Origin: an uncultured Gemmatimonadales bacterium
GTDB taxonomy: Bacteria > Gemmatimonadota > Gemmatimonadetes > Gemmatimonadales > Gemmatimonadaceae
Length of the DNA: 64,000 nt
Assembly (NCBI GenBank): GCA_963793305.1
Contig: CAWBZV010000003.1
Location: forward strand, 1,472,001 to 1,536,000
Direction: 5' to 3'
The translations under genes and the position numbers were made by a program. Under the pieces are notes generated by a model. It made no database searches. It worked only from the letters and a program-made list of their open reading frames with translations, and was not told where the DNA came from. Below, one piece after another: positions 1-11,864 of the stretch (the stretch's first letter is position 1; each line of letters begins with the position of its first letter).

Positions 1-2
1 GG

Positions 3-797
3 CTGCCGGGTTACTCGACCCGGTTCGTGCGCGTCTCGCCCCATCTCGATATTCGGGTCATAGAAGCGCTGGGCCCCGGCACGGTGCCGGCTCTCTTTAT
101 TCACGGATGGGGATGCTCGTGCTTCGTCTGGCGCCGCAATCTCCCGGTGCTCGCCGCCACTGGCATTCGCCCATTCGCGATGGATCTCCCGGGCCATGGC
201 CTCTCCGACAAACCATCCGGGTCCGAGTACTACACGCCGGACGCCATGGCCGATGTCGTACTCGCGACGCTCGATGCACTCGGTCTCGAACGCGCGGCGA
301 TCGTCGCGCATTCGCTCGGCTCCGTCGTCGCGCGTCGGGTGGCGGTGCGGGCGCCTGACCGCGTCAGTGCGCTAGTGCTATTGGCGCCCGTGAGCATTGG
401 ACGGGTGCCCATCGTGCCGCTCGCGAGGGCGATCTCGCCGCGATGGCTCGCGTCCTTGGTGCCGCATCTCACGTTCCGGTGGACAATAGCCACGGGCCTC
501 TGGCTCTCGCGAGCGGGAAAAACGGCCTTGAGTGCACGAGAAGTGGATGAGTATTGGGCGCCGACCCAGTTCCCGGAGATGACACTGGCGGCCGTCCGCA
601 TGCTCCACGCATTCGACTGGGAGCCCGACGCGAGTGCCATAACGACGCGAACGCTCGTCATACTCGCGGGCGGGGATCGTCTGGTCCACGCCGAGCCCAA
701 GTCGACGTACCACGTTGTACGTGGGGCTGGGCATAATGTGCAGGAACAGGCCCCGGACGAGGTAAACAGCCTGGTGCTATCGTTCCTAGTCGCTTAA
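3..797 (+). CDS. alpha/beta fold hydrolase (frame open to the window edge, so probably 5'-truncated)
   Basis: IHGWG oxyanion motif, DLPGHGLSD, nucleophile elbow AHSLG, C-terminal GAGH; no stop codon between position 3 and the GTG at 27. Confidence 0.85.
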   Translation: MPGYSTRFVRVSPHLDIRVIEALGPGTVPALFIHGWGCSCFVWRRNLPVLAATGIRPFAMDLPGHGLSDKPSGSEYYTPDAMADVVLATLDALGLERAAIVAHSLGSVVARRVAVRAPDRVSALVLLAPVSIGRVPIVPLARAISPRWLASLVPHLTFRWTIATGLWLSRAGKTALSAREVDEYWAPTQFPEMTLAAVRMLHAFDWEPDASAITTRTLVILAGGDRLVHAEPKSTYHVVRGAGHNVQEQAPDEVNSLVLSFLVA

Positions 798-827
798 ACT
801 TAAGTAACTCATAGCAATCGAAGAATT

Positions 828-1979
<1,152 letters not shown>

Positions 1980-1986
1980 CCCGCGC

Positions 1987-4405
1987 GTGCGCCGCCTCGT
2001 TCTGGTGTCGGCTGGGCTGTCGGTCTGCGCCGCTGTTCAGCCGGCCCGCGCGCAGGCGCCGTCGGCGAGTGATACGCTGATCACGTGGGGCGCACTCCCG
2101 CCCGGCACTTCCCACGCCGAGCGGCCACGCACGTACGATCTCAAGCACCAGATCGTGCACGTACGATTCGACTGGCCCCGACACGCGGTAGTCGGCTCGA
2201 CGACGCTGACCGTAGGCACGCTCGCTGGCCACCCGAACGTGCGCGAAGTACCACTCGATGCCGTCGACATGAAGATCGTGAGCGTCACGTCGGCCGCCGG
2301 CGCCGCGCTCCAGCACACGTACGATGGCCGCACGCTGACGGTCCACGTGCGCGTGCCAGCCACGTTCACCGTCGCGTACGAATCCGTGCACCCAAAGAAG
2401 GGCGCGTACTTCATCGACCGCCGCCACGTCGTGTGGACGCAAGGCGACATGGAGGACACGCGCTACTGGATACCGACGTACGACGAGCTGAACGACAAAA
2501 CCACGTGGGAGTTTTTTATTCGCACGCCGCACGGGGAGAAGGCGCTGTCGAACGGCCGGCTGGTGGGGTCTCGCGACGTTGACGGCGAGACGGAGTGGCA
2601 TTGGTCGCTCGACCGTCCCGCGTCAACGTATCTCATGACGGTCGTCACCGGCGACTATGTCGTCGTCCAGGACAAGTGGCGCACGGTGCCCCTCGGTTAC
2701 TGGACGTACCCCGACTCGGTTCAAGCCGCCTGGCGCGGATTCGGTGAGACGCCCCGTGCGGTCGAGCTCTTTTCGACGAAGACGGGCGTCGACTTCCCAT
2801 GGGCAAAATACGACCAAATCGTCGCCCCCGATTTCATCTTCGGCGGCATGGAAAACGTCACGGCCACGACGCAGAGCGATGATGGCATCCTCCATCCCGC
2901 CTGGGCCGAGCCGGAGGGGAACGCCGCGGGCTTGATGGCCCACGAGCTCGGCCACGAATGGTTCGGCGACTACCTCACCATGGAATGGTGGACGGACGCG
3001 TGGCTCTCCGAAGGGTTCGCAACTTTCTTAGAGCAGTACTACACCGAGGCTGCGCACGGTGTCGACGAAGGCACGCGCGATCGCCTCGACGGCAACCGGC
3101 AGGTTGTCCAGTTCGACCGCGAGGCGCGGCGGCCGCTCGTGTATGACCGTTGGGTCAACGATCCACTGGAGCTGTTCACGGTCATCTACCCGAAGGGCGC
3201 AGCGGTCTTGCAGATGCTCCGCCACCAGCTCGGCGATTCCGCATTCTGGGCCGCGTTGCACAAGTACACGGTCGATCACGCCTACGGCGAGGTGACGACC
3301 CCAGACCTCGAGCACGCCTTCGAGCAGTCCACGGGTCGCGACTTCTCTTTGTTTTTCAAGCAATGGGTCTACAACGCCGGGATGCCCGCGTTTCGCGTCT
3401 CGGCCACGTACGACACCGTCGCCAAGCAGGTGACGTTCACCGCACGCCAAGTGCAGCCGCGCGACAGCCTCACGGATTTCTTCGACGCACCTGTCGATGT
3501 CGCCGTCTACACGGACCGTGGCGTAACCCACGGCATCGTGAACGTGCACGGTGAAGAATCAACCGGTATCATCGCGGTCGATGGGCCGCCGAGGGCCTAT
3601 CGCTGGGACGTTGGCCACTGGCTACTGGAGGTCTACGATTTTCCGCGCTCGACGTTGATGCTGACCTATCAGCTGCAGCACGACACCGATGTCGCCGGCC
3701 GGTTGGAAGCCGTAAAGCTCCTGCACGCGGATCCAGCCGTCGCCAATGCGGCCCGGAACGATCCCGATTGGGGCGTGCGCGCGGCGGCCGCGGCCGAGCT
3801 GACCGACGCCAAGAGTCTCGTGGCCGCGCTGCATGACCGCGACTCTCGCGTGCGGTCCGCGGCGGCAAAGGCGCTGGCAGTGGCCGGACTGTCGGGACAA
3901 GACGTGATCGTCAGTCTCAAAGAAGTAGTGAGCGCCGATTCGTCTCTCTTCGTGCGCGGGACCGCGCTCGTGGCGCTAGCCAGACTCGACACCGCGGCCG
4001 CGCTGCCGATGATCCGTTCGATGCTGACGATGGATTCCTGGACGGACGTTCGAGCGATCGGCCGCGCTTCGAGCGCTGACACTCACGCATTCACCCGACG
4101 CGTTCACGTTGGCTTCACGTTTCGTTGCGCCGACCGCTTCGCGATTCGCTCGGCTGGCGGCGATCGAGACGCTCGTGGCGTCCGGCCGCGAGACGAGTCT
4201 CAAGGACAGCGCCGCCAAGGAGCTGTCGCCGGACCTCGACGACCCGGATCTCTTTGTCCGGGAAGCTGTTGCCCGGTCGCTGGGGGCTCTGGCGGTGCCG
4301 TCAAGCGCCCCGGCTCTCGAATCGCGGAAGCGGGTCGAGGCTTCCGGATTCGTGCTCACGGCGATAGATGACGCATTAACGGCTATTCGTTCAGGTAAGC
4401 AGTAA
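1987..4405 (+). CDS. Secreted M1 family aminopeptidase with C-terminal HEAT repeats; +1 frameshift at 4049-4050 (likely sequencing error)
   Basis: Signal peptide from GTG 1987, GGMEN, HELGH followed by WLSEG, YPKG; removing one T from gacgTTcgag joins the 1702..4371 frame to the 4109..4405 frame (DSWTDVERSAALRAL). Confidence 0.9.
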
Positions 4406-4456
4406 CGACTAGTTCTGTAGTTGGCACCGTCAGGAACTTTCGGGGTACCCGTATCC

Positions 4457-5017
4457 ATGTTTGCACGCCGGGGGAGGGTCTGGGGCTTCCTCCTGGCCGC
4501 TCTTTTCATAGCGGTCGGGATGGCGAGCTGCGCCCATCCGGCATTGAGCCAGCACCCGACGCACAACCCGCCGCCGCCCCCACCACCGCGGCCACCGGCG
4601 CACCGCCAGCCTCCGCCTCCGCAGCGCCAGGTCGTCAAACCGGCTCCGCAGAAGGAGGTCCCCCACACGCCGGCGACGGTCGAGGCTCGACCGCAGCAAG
4701 TCGAACAGCCGCCGGTCGGCACGCGAGTGAACACGAACACGGGTGTGCCGCATCCGCCAGTTCGCCCGTGGGAGCAGCGGAACGCCGATATCCCACCGTC
4801 AGAACGCCCGCCGCCGGGCATGTGTCGCGTGTGGCTGGACAAGGTGCCAGCCAGCAGTCAGCCAGCGCCGACGTCGTGCGCCAAGGCTATTCAAACGCAT
4901 CCGGCAAACGGTCACGTGATCTTTGGCGAAGATGGTGGCCGCCCGACCGCGACGCGCGTGCCTCCCGCGACTCCGACTGAATCGCAGCAGAGCCCAGAAT
5001 CACCGTTTCGCGAATAG
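4457..5017 (+). CDS. Proline-rich putative lipoprotein with a two-Cys PPPGMCRVW...QPAPTSC domain
   Basis: Hydrophobic N-terminus ending MASC (lipobox-like), poly-Pro linker, small Cys-containing C-terminal module. Confidence 0.7.
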   Translation: MFARRGRVWGFLLAALFIAVGMASCAHPALSQHPTHNPPPPPPPRPPAHRQPPPPQRQVVKPAPQKEVPHTPATVEARPQQVEQPPVGTRVNTNTGVPHPPVRPWEQRNADIPPSERPPPGMCRVWLDKVPASSQPAPTSCAKAIQTHPANGHVIFGEDGGRPTATRVPPATPTESQQSPESPFRE

Positions 5018-7587
5018 CACCCCCGCGCACCCCGGTTGACCGGTCCCTCCCGCCGGACCGGGATGCGTTCCTTGCCGCGGAGCCGCCGACCGGCCGCGTC
5101 ATTGTCATCGCACCAACGCGCGCGGCGTGCGAGACCATCGAGCTCGCCGTCGGCTTGCACCTGGACACGTTCCTGGAACGCCAGCACGGCAATGATGTCC
5201 GTCGGCTGGCGGCTTCGGGTCGCGGGTTCGGCATCGTCGCCGGCACGGGCACCGGCAAGACGCTCGCGATCCGTCCAATCGCCGAGACGATCTTGCGTGC
5301 GCCGCTCAAGGTCGGCGTCGTCAACCGCGAGCGCGAAGCAACGCCCGAGACGCCGACGTGGAACGTCATCATCGTCACCACCGGCATTGCCCGCCGGTGG
5401 TTCCAAGCCGGTGACATCCTCCGCACCGACACGCTGATCGTCGACGAGATCCACCAGACCTCGGCCGAGCTCGAGCTATGCCTCGCACTCGGCCTCCGCA
5501 CAGGCTGCCGGTTCATCTGGCTCTCGGCAACGGTCGACCCGCGATTCTACGCCCGCTACTTGGCCTCGGCCGAGGTCATCGAGAGCTCGGCGTTCGACCC
5601 CGCCAAGGCTGCTCGCGTGACCGTGGTGCGCAAAGATGTCGCCGAATTCTTCGATGATCGGTTCCTAAAAGATGTCACGCGTGACCGCCACGGCGTCGGC
5701 GTTTTCCTGCCAACGCGTGCCGCGGTCGAATCCGTTGCCGCTGATGTCGGTACGCGATTCCCGCGCATCACCTCGGCGTACTATCACGGCGGCGAGCCGA
5801 TACGGGTCATTCGCCCATTTCTCGAAGCGGATGACGTCCGGCCCTACGTTCTCGCCATGACAGCGGCAGGGCAAAGCGCGCTCAACGTTCGTGGGCTGGA
5901 CACGGTCGTCATCGACGACACGCGATTTACGAACGTGATCGAGCGCGGCCGCAATGTCCTGACGCGCCTCCATCTCGGGGCCAACGAGATCTTGCAGATG
6001 GCTGGCCGTGTGCACGGCCGCGTCGCGGGCGGCCGAGTGTTCATTCTGTCGGATCGCGACATCGATTTCCGCTCGCTCGTGCCACAGGAGCCCGAGTTCC
6101 AACTGGCCGGCGACTCCGAGCGCGTCGCGATCACGTGTGCCGCGCTTGGAGTGCGAGCCGATGAGCTCGACCTCCCGGTGCCACTCGATCGCCCAGCCTA
6201 TCGCCGTGCGGTTGCGTTGCTCGAGCGCCGCGGCATCGTCGAAAACGGTCATCTGACGGCATACGGCCGGGCCATTGAGGCAATGCCGGTCGATCGCCCG
6301 TGGGCCGAGCTGATCGTCAACGCCGACGATGACCTGTTGCCGGTGGTGGCTGTCATGAGCGCGATCGAATCCCTTCACCGGATGACGCGCGAGGAGCGCG
6401 ATCTCGCTGGCTTGCTCGTCTCCGGCAGCGACCATCTCACGGCGTATAACGTTTACGCCGAGGCCTATCGCCTCCACGGTTCCGTTGGCGAGGTCTATGG
6501 CTTGCCACGCCACGTCTTCGCGCCTGAGCTCGAGGAGTGGGCCGAACGGCGTGGCGTGCTGATGAAGGCGATTGAAGATGCCGCTCTCGCCGTGGCCAGC
6601 ATCTATCGCAGCGTCGGGCTCCCATTGCCTTCCGAGCTCTCGCTCGGCCGCAATGCGACGTACAAGAATCTCGCCGATCTGATCGCGCGCTACATGCCGT
6701 TTGATCTCGTGATCGACGAGGAGACCGCGGACGGACAGTCGGCGCGCGTGTCGCGGTCGAGCGTCGCCGGGAGTTGGGGCGCGATCGCGGGAACCATCCG
6801 GTATTTTGCCGACCGCTTCGGGGTCTCTCGCGCCGCGATCGAAGGCACGCAAATCCCGTCGGATGTTATTCGAAAGTATGCCCGTCGTTTGGCCCCGGAC
6901 GTCGTGTACGACCGGGTGCTCAAAGTGCGTCGCCGGCTCGAATATTTTGGTTTTGAATTGGATCGCGAGTCCGAGCCGATCGACGTCTTCCCACCAGATC
7001 TCGCCGACGCGGCGCGTGACGCGCTCGCCGACGCGTTAGCGTCAGGCGAGGCACGCCACCATGCAGTCCGTCGTGACAGCTCCGCGATCCACGAGATCCG
7101 CGCGGCCTACCGTCGCTCGGGCGGCCGCACGCCGCGCCTCAGCGAGGCAGACCTGGCCGCGCTCTATCGCGTGCCACTCGCACAGGTGAACTCATTCACC
7201 GAGTTCCGCTCGGCGCCGTTCGCGATCGACCTGAACGCCGTACTCAGTCCAGAAGCGCGCCACGCCTATGACCACCTGCCGTCCGAGACGATGATCCGGG
7301 GGCAGTCGGTGCCGATCGAATACGATGTGCAGGATTCGGTGGGCATCGCGAGACTTCGGCTACCGGCGAAACTCGCGCGGACGCTGACCGAGGCCGAGGT
7401 GCCGGCGCTCGATCGCCCGGTGCGATTCACCGTCCTGCGCGGCCAGCAGAGCGCGGTCCATGCCGACACGCTCGACCAGCTACAGGACCTGCTCGCTGAG
7501 CCGTGGGAGCCACCGAGGCGGGAACGCCCGAAGAATCAGTCGAAGCAGCACGCGAAGCGCCACCCGAAGCGACGCCGGCGTCGCTGA
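5014..7587 (+). CDS. DExH-box (HrpB-like) SF2 helicase; start codon uncertain
   Basis: GTGTGKT, VTTG, DEIH, SAT, FLPTR, YHGG, QSALNV, QMAGRVHGR; frame open from 4981 and helicase-like sequence (VIVIAPTRAACETI) lies upstream of the first canonical start at 5155. Confidence 0.85.
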   Translation: MAPPRTPVDRSLPPDRDAFLAAEPPTGRVIVIAPTRAACETIELAVGLHLDTFLERQHGNDVRRLAASGRGFGIVAGTGTGKTLAIRPIAETILRAPLKVGVVNREREATPETPTWNVIIVTTGIARRWFQAGDILRTDTLIVDEIHQTSAELELCLALGLRTGCRFIWLSATVDPRFYARYLASAEVIESSAFDPAKAARVTVVRKDVAEFFDDRFLKDVTRDRHGVGVFLPTRAAVESVAADVGTRFPRITSAYYHGGEPIRVIRPFLEADDVRPYVLAMTAAGQSALNVRGLDTVVIDDTRFTNVIERGRNVLTRLHLGANEILQMAGRVHGRVAGGRVFILSDRDIDFRSLVPQEPEFQLAGDSERVAITCAALGVRADELDLPVPLDRPAYRRAVALLERRGIVENGHLTAYGRAIEAMPVDRPWAELIVNADDDLLPVVAVMSAIESLHRMTREERDLAGLLVSGSDHLTAYNVYAEAYRLHGSVGEVYGLPRHVFAPELEEWAERRGVLMKAIEDAALAVASIYRSVGLPLPSELSLGRNATYKNLADLIARYMPFDLVIDEETADGQSARVSRSSVAGSWGAIAGTIRYFADRFGVSRAAIEGTQIPSDVIRKYARRLAPDVVYDRVLKVRRRLEYFGFELDRESEPIDVFPPDLADAARDALADALASGEARHHAVRRDSSAIHEIRAAYRRSGGRTPRLSEADLAALYRVPLAQVNSFTEFRSAPFAIDLNAVLSPEARHAYDHLPSETMIRGQSVPIEYDVQDSVGIARLRLPAKLARTLTEAEVPALDRPVRFTVLRGQQSAVHADTLDQLQDLLAEPWEPPRRERPKNQSKQHAKRHPKRRRRR

Positions 7588-7594
7588 CCTGCTC

Positions 7595-8488
7595 CTATAG
7601 GTTGCTCTTCCCGAGGCCGTCCAGGAACTTCCCGCGCGTGAACGAGACAAGCCCGGTGCTCAGCCCCTCCGGGAGCGGCGCTTCGTCCGTGAGCTTCTCG
7701 GTGTCAGTGACAATCGTGAGTCGCTCAGCCCAGTCTTCCTCGGAGCCCTCCTTCTTCTTCAGCGCCTCCTCGATCCGCGCCTTGGTACGCTTGAGCGCCG
7801 CTTTGCGGCATCGCTGCAGGTACTGCATGGCCGCCACGAGCTGCTCGTGCGTGAGCGGCGATTCGGTCGATAGGAGCGCGTTGATCATCGCCACGAACTT
7901 CGGCGAGACGGTCTTGTCGACCATCAAGTCCACGTAGTTGTGCAGGTCAGACGCGATGCCGACCGCGGCGAACTCCGACGTCACGAGCTTTTTGAGACCC
8001 GGGGTCTCCGTGGGGACCCACGCCTGCACGGGCATGGCGTTCACGTTGACCTGACAGTGCGCGAAATGCGTCAGCTGGGCGCGCTTTTTCCCACTCTTGT
8101 TGAACAGCCAACCCGCCAAGACCAAGTCGCTGGGAAGTTGGCTGGAGAGTGGGCTTTGCACGATCGCGGCGCCGTATGAGCACACGTTGTTACGGTGCCG
8201 ATAGAGTCCCATCTCACCCAGCAGCTTGGTGTACATCATGATCGTCGCCTCGGACTTCTGCCGTGCGAAGTACTGGTACAACGTCGCGGCGGAGGAGGTC
8301 TGCGGGACGTAGAGACTGGAGTACACGAGCGGGGCATCGGCGAGCGGGTTGACCCGCGAGACCTTCAGTTTGTTGAAGTTCAGCATGGTGAAGCCGGCGC
8401 CTTTGGCGACGACCTTGCCTTGCGCGACCTTCTTCGATGCCTCGCTGACTACCTTGGGGCCGAGCTCGGAGAGGAGCATGGAGGACAT
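7595..8488 (-). CDS. Hypothetical protein (297 aa, Lys/Ser-rich, no recognised domain)
   Basis: Long ORF filling the gap between helicase and dacB; amino-acid composition unlike the Arg/Ala-rich shadow ORFs. Confidence 0.7.
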   Translation of the reverse strand: MSSMLLSELGPKVVSEASKKVAQGKVVAKGAGFTMLNFNKLKVSRVNPLADAPLVYSSLYVPQTSSAATLYQYFARQKSEATIMMYTKLLGEMGLYRHRNNVCSYGAAIVQSPLSSQLPSDLVLAGWLFNKSGKKRAQLTHFAHCQVNVNAMPVQAWVPTETPGLKKLVTSEFAAVGIASDLHNYVDLMVDKTVSPKFVAMINALLSTESPLTHEQLVAAMQYLQRCRKAALKRTKARIEEALKKKEGSEEDWAERLTIVTDTEKLTDEAPLPEGLSTGLVSFTRGKFLDGLGKSNL

Positions 8489-8659
8489 AAGTCCCAGTGT
8501 ACCACCAACGCCTCAGTCCGGCAAACGTATGAGTGCGAGCTCGCCGATTGGGTCTCGAATCCGCCCGGTCACGCTTGTGATTGGCGCTGCTGTTATCACC
8601 GTGACGAGCGGTGGCAAGCCCGGCGGGGCGCGCGCCGGCTCGACCGCAATGCTGCGCTC

Positions 8660-10150
8660 CTACGGGCGGATGAACGACGCCAGCGTCGCGCCCATGCCGT
8701 CGATGGTCGACTTCGCGTTCCACCGGTCGTAGCCGTTGTAGATGAAGCTGAACGCGAGCACTTCGCCGTCCATGGCGGTGACGTAGCCCCCGAGGGAGAT
8801 CACGTCGTTGGTGGTGCCGGTCTTGGCGTGCAGGTTGCCCTGGGCAGGCGTAAATCGCATCCGATTTCTCAACAACTCCGATTCGCCAGCCACGGGCAGC
8901 GATGCGTGAAACGCCGGCGCCCACGGCGCTTTGTGCGCATACGCCAGGAGATCGACCATGGCCCGAGGCGTAATGCGATCGAGCGTCGAGAGCCCGCTGC
9001 CGTCGGTCACCGTCACGGCGTCCCGAGGAGCATCGACTTTCTCGTTCAGGAAATCTCTGAGCATTGCCGCCCCGAGATCCGCGGACCCCGATTCCTTTCG
9101 CTCCGGCCCCCGCACCGCGTCACGGAACAAGAGCTCGGCGTAGCAGTTAATGCTCTCCCGATTCATCGCCGCAATGATCCGAGCTAACGGCGGCGAGGGC
9201 AGTGACGCCACCGGGATAGCCCCCGCGGTCGTTTGCCCGAGGCGCACGCTGCCCTGCGTACCGACGCCTTGGGACGTCAGCGCGTCGCGCAAGGCACCGG
9301 TGGTGAACAGCGCGGGATCTTCGATGACCAATTCCACGGTATGCGTCGGCGCCCGCGACCCGATCCACCCGCGCGCGTCGACGCCGCCATCGGCGCGCGC
9401 CAGCACGACCACGTGCGTCCCGTAGCTCCCTTCGACGGTCTTGACCGTATTGGCAATCGGGATCGCGCTCGATGAGGGCAGCAGCCCCACCGCCGCGCGG
9501 TTCGGAGCGCCCGGTGAGACAGCGACCCACGCGAGGTTGTCATTCAGCGACAGCGCCGAGATGCGCGGCGCGTACCCGGCGGTCAACCAGCGAGGTTTCC
9601 AGCCGAGTGGGACGGGCTGATCGACGAACGCGGTCGCGTCGCCGATGATGTCGCCGTCGATGCGCTTGATGCCCGCGGCTTTGACGTAGCGCGCCAGCAG
9701 CTGCATCGGCGCGTCCGGTTCGCCGCGGAGGAAGCGGTTCGACAGCGACGGGTCGCCATCGCCACGCAGAATGAGATTGCCGTGGAGCGTGCCCGCGGAG
9801 TCGACCGGGCCATCGCGCAGCACGTCGGTGCTGAACTGGAACTCGGGCCCAAAACGCTCCAATGCAAGCGCCGACGTGAAGAGCTTCATCGTCGATGCCG
9901 GCTGGAGCGGCTGATCCGCGTTCACCTCGTAGAGGGTGTCGCCGCGCGTGAGCGAGACGACGATCACGCCCCAGTGGCCGCTTCTGACGCGGCTGGACAA
10001 CTGACTGGCGAGGTCGCCGGCCAGTGCGGCGCCGGAGCGGGGGGCATCGTAGCGGACGGCCGGCACGGCGGCGGACACGCTCCGTCGATGCCGGTGCGGC
10101 GGGCGGAGCGGCGCGATCGTCAGCGCCAGGAGAAGGAGGCGAGAGAGCAT
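8660..10150 (-). CDS. dacB: D-alanyl-D-alanine carboxypeptidase/endopeptidase (PBP4, peptidase S13)
   Basis: PASTMK (SxxK), GDGDPSL, SIN (SxN), DGSGLS, AKTGT; signal peptide from ATG 10150, which overlaps the upstream stop. Confidence 0.95.
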   Translation of the reverse strand: MLSRLLLLALTIAPLRPPHRHRRSVSAAVPAVRYDAPRSGAALAGDLASQLSSRVRSGHWGVIVVSLTRGDTLYEVNADQPLQPASTMKLFTSALALERFGPEFQFSTDVLRDGPVDSAGTLHGNLILRGDGDPSLSNRFLRGEPDAPMQLLARYVKAAGIKRIDGDIIGDATAFVDQPVPLGWKPRWLTAGYAPRISALSLNDNLAWVAVSPGAPNRAAVGLLPSSSAIPIANTVKTVEGSYGTHVVVLARADGGVDARGWIGSRAPTHTVELVIEDPALFTTGALRDALTSQGVGTQGSVRLGQTTAGAIPVASLPSPPLARIIAAMNRESINCYAELLFRDAVRGPERKESGSADLGAAMLRDFLNEKVDAPRDAVTVTDGSGLSTLDRITPRAMVDLLAYAHKAPWAPAFHASLPVAGESELLRNRMRFTPAQGNLHAKTGTTNDVISLGGYVTAMDGEVLAFSFIYNGYDRWNAKSTIDGMGATLASFIRP

Positions 10151-11308
10151 CAAATCTTCAGGAAAATCTGGCGACGGTATAACACCGTGAGGACGCCCAG
10201 CCAGAGCAGGACGAAACACACGGCGAAGGTGAGCGAAGCCAATTGCGGCGGGAGCCAGGCGCCGAGGGTCGCGTTGTACAACGCGGTCTCGAGCGACACG
10301 GATTTCCCGCCGACGTTGAGAGTAATCACCGAATAGATCAGTCGTTCCATTGCGGCCGAACCGACGAACGCGACGATCGGGTTCATCCCGAACGCCAGGA
10401 AAGGTGGCGTCCACCGACGGACGTTCTCACCGTCGATCAGCCAGAATGCATACTGCCAGAGTCACGGCCGCCATACCAGCCGTGAACACTACGTACGAGC
10501 TGGTCCAGAGATTCTTGTTGATCGGGAACACCCAATTCCAGACGAGTCCGGCGCACATCCCCATGGCCCCGGCCGCAAACAGCCCATTAAGTCTGTCCGG
10601 AAGAGGCCGCCCCCCACCAATCCATCGCCCAGCCAGGACGCCAATCAGGACGGTTGCCACGGCCGGGATAGTCGACAAAGGACCTTCGGGATCCCAGGTC
10701 TCACTCTGAGCCCAGATGTGATTCCCGGCGGCCCCCCAGTCGAGCAGCGCGCGATCCACGCTAGCCGCCACGGTTGCCGCCGCGGGTTCGAGCGGCCCGG
10801 TGGCCATGACGGCCCAGTATCCAAACAAAATGACCGCGCTCGCGATAATGATCGTGCGCGTACTCGCCCGAAGCGCGATCAGGGCTCCGGCGATGTACGC
10901 CAACCCAATGCGCGGGAGCACGCCCATGATGCGAACGTGGTAGAGTCGGTCGATAATCCGAGCACCGAACGAGGGAAAGTCTCCGCTCCACGTATAAAAC
11001 GGGAACCAATTCACCAAAAGCCCGAACAGAAAAATCAGCGCGCCGCGTCGCAGGATCTGCCGCGTGAGCTCAGCGTCAGTGGCACCGCGAGCGCGCCGGG
11101 CATTGGCCGACAAGTGGGTCGTAATGCCGACAATGAACAAAAAGAACGGGAAGACAAGATCCGTCGGCGTCCACCCGTTCCACGCCGCGTGCTCGAGCGG
11201 CGGATAGATGTGCCCCCAGCTTCCCGGATCGTTCACCAGCAGCATGCCGGCGACGGTGATCCCCCGGAACACGTCCAGCGAGACGAGCCGATCTTTAGGG
11301 CTTGCCAC
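10150..11308 (-). CDS. HGSNAT-like / DUF5009 membrane acyltransferase; +1 frameshift at 10445-10446
   Basis: [53 protein letters not shown]; removing one base gives [14 protein letters not shown]. Confidence 0.9.
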
Positions 11309-11864
11309 TCGGTGGTACTGGTGGCCCGACCAACTTGACGGTCGCCCGCGGACCATGCCATCCGGCGCTGTCGCACGCCAGCGGGTAATCCACCGCCGGC
11401 ACCGTGTGCCCGTCCGCTTTGCCGCTGATGTACGTGCCGCTGAGACGGATCGTCGCATGCTGCGCGTCGGTCCGCTTGAACCCGTGGTAGGCGACGAGGA
11501 GTGACGCGTAGTCGCCGATCGACGTGAGCTTCGTCTTCACGATCGCCTGCTGGTCGCCCGATGCGGGATACATGTACGTCGGCCCTTTGTCTTGCAGCGC
11601 AAGGATGCCGGCGTCCGGTGGCGTGGTGTCGGTACCCGGGACATACAAGAACCGCTGTGGCGTCGGGTCAGCCGCGCTCGTGACGAAATCCCGGACGCCG
11701 CGGAAGACGACCGCGCTGTCGGCCGCGAGCCGGCACGCGTCCCGGTTGTACCGTCCGACCGCTCCCGAATCCGCGCACGCCGCGGTCAGTACCGCGACGC
11801 CGATCAGCTGGGCCGCCAGCCGACCTGGGCGGCCGCCGCGTGATCCTCGCCGCGTTGCGCCCAT
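11295..11864 (-). CDS. Hypothetical lipoprotein
   Basis: Lipobox-like LTAAC after a hydrophobic stretch; fills the gap between ctaG and the acyltransferase; start uncertain. Confidence 0.65.
   Translation of the reverse strand: MGATRRGSRGGRPGRLAAQLIGVAVLTAACADSGAVGRYNRDACRLAADSAVVFRGVRDFVTSAADPTPQRFLYVPGTDTTPPDAGILALQDKGPTYMYPASGDQQAIVKTKLTSIGDYASLLVAYHGFKRTDAQHATIRLSGTYISGKADGHTVPAVDYPLACDSAGWHGPRATVKLVGPPVPPSGKP

Noticed and set aside
4566..4625. CCG/CCA-rich tandem-like repeat
   Set aside because: Simply encodes the poly-proline linker of a lipoprotein
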